Origin: Octopus sinensis
Lineage: Eukaryota
Direction of reading: 5' to 3'
Length of the DNA: 39,289 nt
NCBI RefSeq assembly: GCF_006345805.1
Contig: NW_021835563.1
Coordinates: 1 to 39,289 of the forward strand
Under the pieces are notes generated by a model. That model had not been told where the DNA came from. It did not search any database and saw only the letters and a program-made list of their open reading frames with translations. The position numbers and the translations under genes are program-made. Shown in pieces: positions 35,301 through 39,289 of this stretch; position 1 is the first letter of the stretch; the number at the start of each line of letters is the position of its first letter.

Positions 35301-36434
35301 TAGCATAATATTTACTTCTCGACACAAATTATGCAATTCATATTCTAAGTCCAAATAACAACAATTCCCCACTCACCCATGTGTCATCCCCTAACTAACT
35401 CTCTTGCACCCCAACTGATATCCTGCTACATATATCTATGCAGTAAACAACTTTTATCTACCTTTACATTTCCTAAACATTTTATTGTTTCATTTTTTAA
35501 TTCCCAACCTGTTTTCCTTATCATTTATACGTCATAAATTTTCTTAACTCTTCTCTCTCTACACACATCCCTCAGTATATGATAATATACAAGGACCCAG
35601 GCACGCGTGCACAGCTACTAGATTCTACAGACGCACACCATATACGCGCGTGTGAACTAATACGGACTCACATAATAATCTCAGATGAAAGCTACTACTA
35701 CTACTATCTCCCACTTCACTCGCTGTCCTTAGATTTTAAAGCAAAATTAGTTCTACCAACTCGACGAGCAAACCGTGGTCTTCTATTTTACAACGTAAAT
35801 ACACTATCTTCCGCCTTCCTCTCCTTCAAACACCACTCTATCCACTTCAAATACTACACCAATATCTTCATCCTATAATTCTGTTTTAAATGGCTATATA
35901 TAATGCTGCAATATGTTTACTTATCTATCCTACAACGGACCCGTGAATGACCCCGGAATACGTGCATAAAGCCACTCGCCAGCCAATTTCCATATAAAAC
36001 CTTGTCTTCGTACACTCCTTAATCAGTAACAAACGTTCTCATTCTTATACATAGGATTTCTGGTATTTTATTTGCATTTTCCTTCTGCTCAACTGTTTTC
36101 CTCCCGAACTGTCCTTTCTTTGCATTTTGATAAAATTCCCAACAAGTTTACACGGGGATTCTAACGAGAATGTAAACTTCACGTAATCAAGATATCCTTT
36201 GACTGAAGAGTAGCTTGTGGTATTATCCATGTTAGGATAATATGCTACTTCCGTGTTTCTCTTAGCTATGAAGATTATGTAGCCTGGATTGTATCTACGC
36301 CATTCCCTACACACACATACGCATATATCTATATACTCTAGATAAATATCCCTTGGTTGCCGAGCGAATCCCACAACAGAATATTTTGGTACATTTTGGG
36401 TACAGCATTCCCACATAAGATACCTTTTCTACGT

Positions 36435-37490
36435 TCTGGTGAGGATTTTCCATTTTTTTTCACCTCAACGTTGCAGATGATGGCAGGAAGCTCTTTAGAA
36501 ATTGTTTTAATGTGTGTTGATTTTATTCACATCCCCTATCCCAATCGGTACCGATTTTGGCCAATGCTTTTGAACGACGCATTTAAAAAAGTTTTAAATG
36601 AAAAATTTGGGAATTCAGCGACCACCATTATAATCCACACTTTCTTTCTTTTCAAACGAAAAGTGAAACGTAATTTAAGAACGATGGCGACATCTTAAAT
36701 AGTTTGTTCGGTAACCTTTCATATTCTCATAACGATGTTATTTTTCTGCAGCTTTTGCATTTTTTGTCCGATTCTGATGAAAATCGATGTGTGATCGAGG
36801 TTGACGGCAGTAAGTTGATCTCAGTATATGACGTTGAAAAATCACTAATTGCGCCAGGGCAGTAGCTTTCTAAAATCAATAGGTGTTTAGAGTGCAAATA
36901 CCCGTAGGGGCTTTGTTTTTGGCCGTAAATTTCATGTTTTTTATCCGATTTTAATGGAATTTGAGATATAGGTAAATGATTGGTGGGGGAGACGGAAAAG
37001 GTATTTATTTAATTCAAAATGGCTTGAAGTAGACATAAATGCAAATAAGCATTTTCTTAGACACATTCTTATCGATTTTGTAGAAATTTTATACGTGATT
37101 CTGGCTCATGTGTATTAGTTGATGCCAGCATGAAGTGTTGACAAAGAATCGATAACTGCGCGTGAGCAGAGGATTTTAAGAAATCAATAGGGTGTTTGCA
37201 TGCAATCACCCATAGGATTAATATTTCATACAGTGACTTTTACAGAATTCATCCGATTTTCATGAACTTTGACTTCTATGCAAAGTTTAATGTCGGAGAC
37301 ATGTAAAATATTTAAATATAAACAAGCGAGAAGCAAAAATCCTCAAATCATTCACAATAAAATAATGAACTGATTCTGAAGAAAATTTTCAACGTGAGCA
37401 AAATAAAGCACTTCGACGTATGAAACATCTGTTATTCATATAACGTACTAAGATTTAAATGTCAATGGGATATTTTCGTGTAAATGGTCA
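36435..37490. repeat. ~1.05-kb dispersed repeat, copy 2
   Basis: Colinear with 3725-4770; sub-repeats at ~36872 and ~37181. Confidence 0.8.
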
Positions 37491-37604
37491 CATGGATGCT
37501 GTTTTATGATATAACCTTAACATTTTTCTTCGGATTTTGCTGAAATTGGACACACTGATCAATTTTATAAAGAGAGTGACATTAAGGGGAGAGAGATAAA
37601 GAAA

Positions 37605-38012
37605 CATCGATCAAATCGACCCCAGGACTTACTCTTTGTAAGCCTAGTACTTATACTATCGGTTTCTTTTGCCGAACCACCAAGTTACGTGGACGAACAC
37701 ACACCAGCATCGGTTGTCAAGGGATGATGGGGAGACAAACAAAGACACACAAATATATACACACACACACACACACACACACGCGCAGACACACACACAC
37801 ACTCACACACACACATATATATATATATACATATATATACACTTATATACGACGGGCTTCTTTCAGTTTCCGTCTACCAAATCTACTCACAAGTCTTTGG
37901 TTGGCCAGGGGTTATAACAGAAGACACTTGCCTAAGGTGCCACACAGTGGGACTGAACCCGGAACCATGTGGTTCGTAAGCAAGCTACTTACCACACAGC
38001 CATTCCTACGTC
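37605..38012 (-). mobile_element. Near full-length octopus-type SINE (tRNA head, body, internal CA/TA microsatellite, 3' domain)
   Basis: Head and body match 172-300 plus 3685-3718; then a microsatellite; then the ..tcgaccccaggactta..gtaagcctagtac.. tail. Confidence 0.85.
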
Positions 38013-38421
38013 TATATATTTATATATATATATATTTATGTTGAGAGAGACAAAAAGAGAGAGAAGAAATAATTATTTATGCAATTAAAAGTTATGCAGA
38101 CGGTTTAAAGTGCGGATAATAAAGAGATGCGCTCAAACTGTCAAATTCTTAAAATACGTAAATGAAGAATGCGAAAAAGTGTTGTATGAGCAACTTAAGA
38201 AAATTTTATTTGTATTAGAATGTCATAAGTGAAATTTACGCCATCAGAAACAATAAACACATATCAATTTTTAGTGCTAAAAAATTATGCAAGTTCAGGT
38301 GAAGTCTCTGCTGATGAATATGTCTCGATGCACACGAAAACTTATGTAATTTTTAAGTGTTTTTAAAAGATTTCACGTCTGGAGAGATGGAGCAGCATAA
38401 ACAGAGTAATTATTTAATACA

Positions 38422-39289
38422 TTAGCAGCACCCGTAGCAATTCCGCGGCAAATGCGAAAGTTTTTAGATAGTTGTAAGTTTATGTGGAGACATAAAAATT
38501 AGCGCTCCTTTATAAATTGTATATTCTACATAATTGTCGTTTTAAAAAAAAATCAGTCCTTCTGGATAAGACCCTCTGCTTCTCTTGGCGCCATTGCCCA
38601 TTTGGTTTCATCCTTTCTGTTGTTCGATTACATCGTCTCTCATCTTTGGTTTATAAACAAATAACATTTTTCAAGCGAGCAGACGATTGCGCTTATGCGC
38701 ATGCTTTAAGTAATAGATGGTATTAAAAAAATATATCAATTAAAAACATTACACTCTTCATACACACTCACCAACGCAACCTCCAACACCACCACCACTA
38801 ACACCACCAACACATTCATCATCATCATCTCTCTCTCTCTCTCTCTCTCTGCCTTTCTTTAATCTCACCATCAGAACATCGATCCTCTGCTACAATTCTG
38901 TTTCTCACTCTCCTCTATATCACTACCTTCAACTAACATTTTTAACCACGTAATAACTATTACGTTCCCCCTACCACACGTCATAGACGCTTCTCTTACC
39001 CTCTTTTTCTCTCCCTCCTTCTCTCTCTGCCTGTTTTTCTCTCGCTCTTCACCTTACCCGCTTTTTCCCTCTACTCCATCTTTTCTCTCGCTCTTCGCAT
39101 CACAGCATTAATCACTTCAAGTTTTAATCGAATATCCAAATACTAAAGTGGATCGATTCATTCGATCAGTCCCATTTGTCAACAAATTTGGAACGTTTTC
39201 ACCATTTGAGAAATCCTAATGTAAAGCAAATAGCAATGTTTTGTTAATGCTATTCTTTAAACCTCGTAAATCTGAAGATGTGGAATAGC
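38422..39289 (-). mobile_element. Non-autonomous Helitron-like element (runs off the window)
   Basis: Degenerate 3'-end-like attagcagcacccgtagc..gcgg; ~38850-39070 homologous to ~23490-23700. Confidence 0.45.

Noticed and set aside
36203-36252. CUGAAGA followed by a perfect GUAGC/GCUAC stem
   Set aside because: No GAAA after the stem (UUCC instead) and no stem I or III, so not an HHR.
112-38726. Most short ORFs in the supplied track (YIYIY, HTHTH, LSIY, poly-L/I/S/M)
   Set aside because: They are translations of microsatellites or off-frame TE sequence, with no splice or domain support.
1-39289. CRISPR arrays, rRNA genes or prokaryotic operons
   Set aside because: None seen; the sequence is eukaryotic repeat-rich DNA.

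Overview
AT-rich, microsatellite-dense eukaryotic DNA, almost certainly from an octopus/coleoid cephalopod (inferred from the SINE families and repeat landscape). Most of it is a mosaic of decayed transposable elements: three Penelope-like retroelements (PLEs) of two lineages, a Ty3/Gypsy LTR element nested in a Helitron, a second Helitron RepHel pseudogene, Tc1/mariner remnants and tRNA-derived SINEs. The only well-supported host-gene sequence is a 72-nt leucine-rich-repeat exon (26272-26343, +), so much of the window is probably intronic. The main hidden signal is non-coding: about a dozen type I hammerhead ribozyme (HHR) motifs, mostly with palindromic stem III. They include (i) a retrozyme-like direct-repeat/spacer/direct-repeat unit with two intact HHRs 537 nt apart (28461-29361), (ii) a ~305-bp near-perfect inverted repeat with an HHR in each arm (6918-7573), and (iii) two unrelated HHRs sharing the compensatory U3:A8 core UUGAAAA. 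A poly(A)-tailed element encoding only a CCHC gag/ORF1-like protein sits inside a PLE, which itself splits a SINE. All alignments and folds were done by eye; boundaries marked ~ are approximate.
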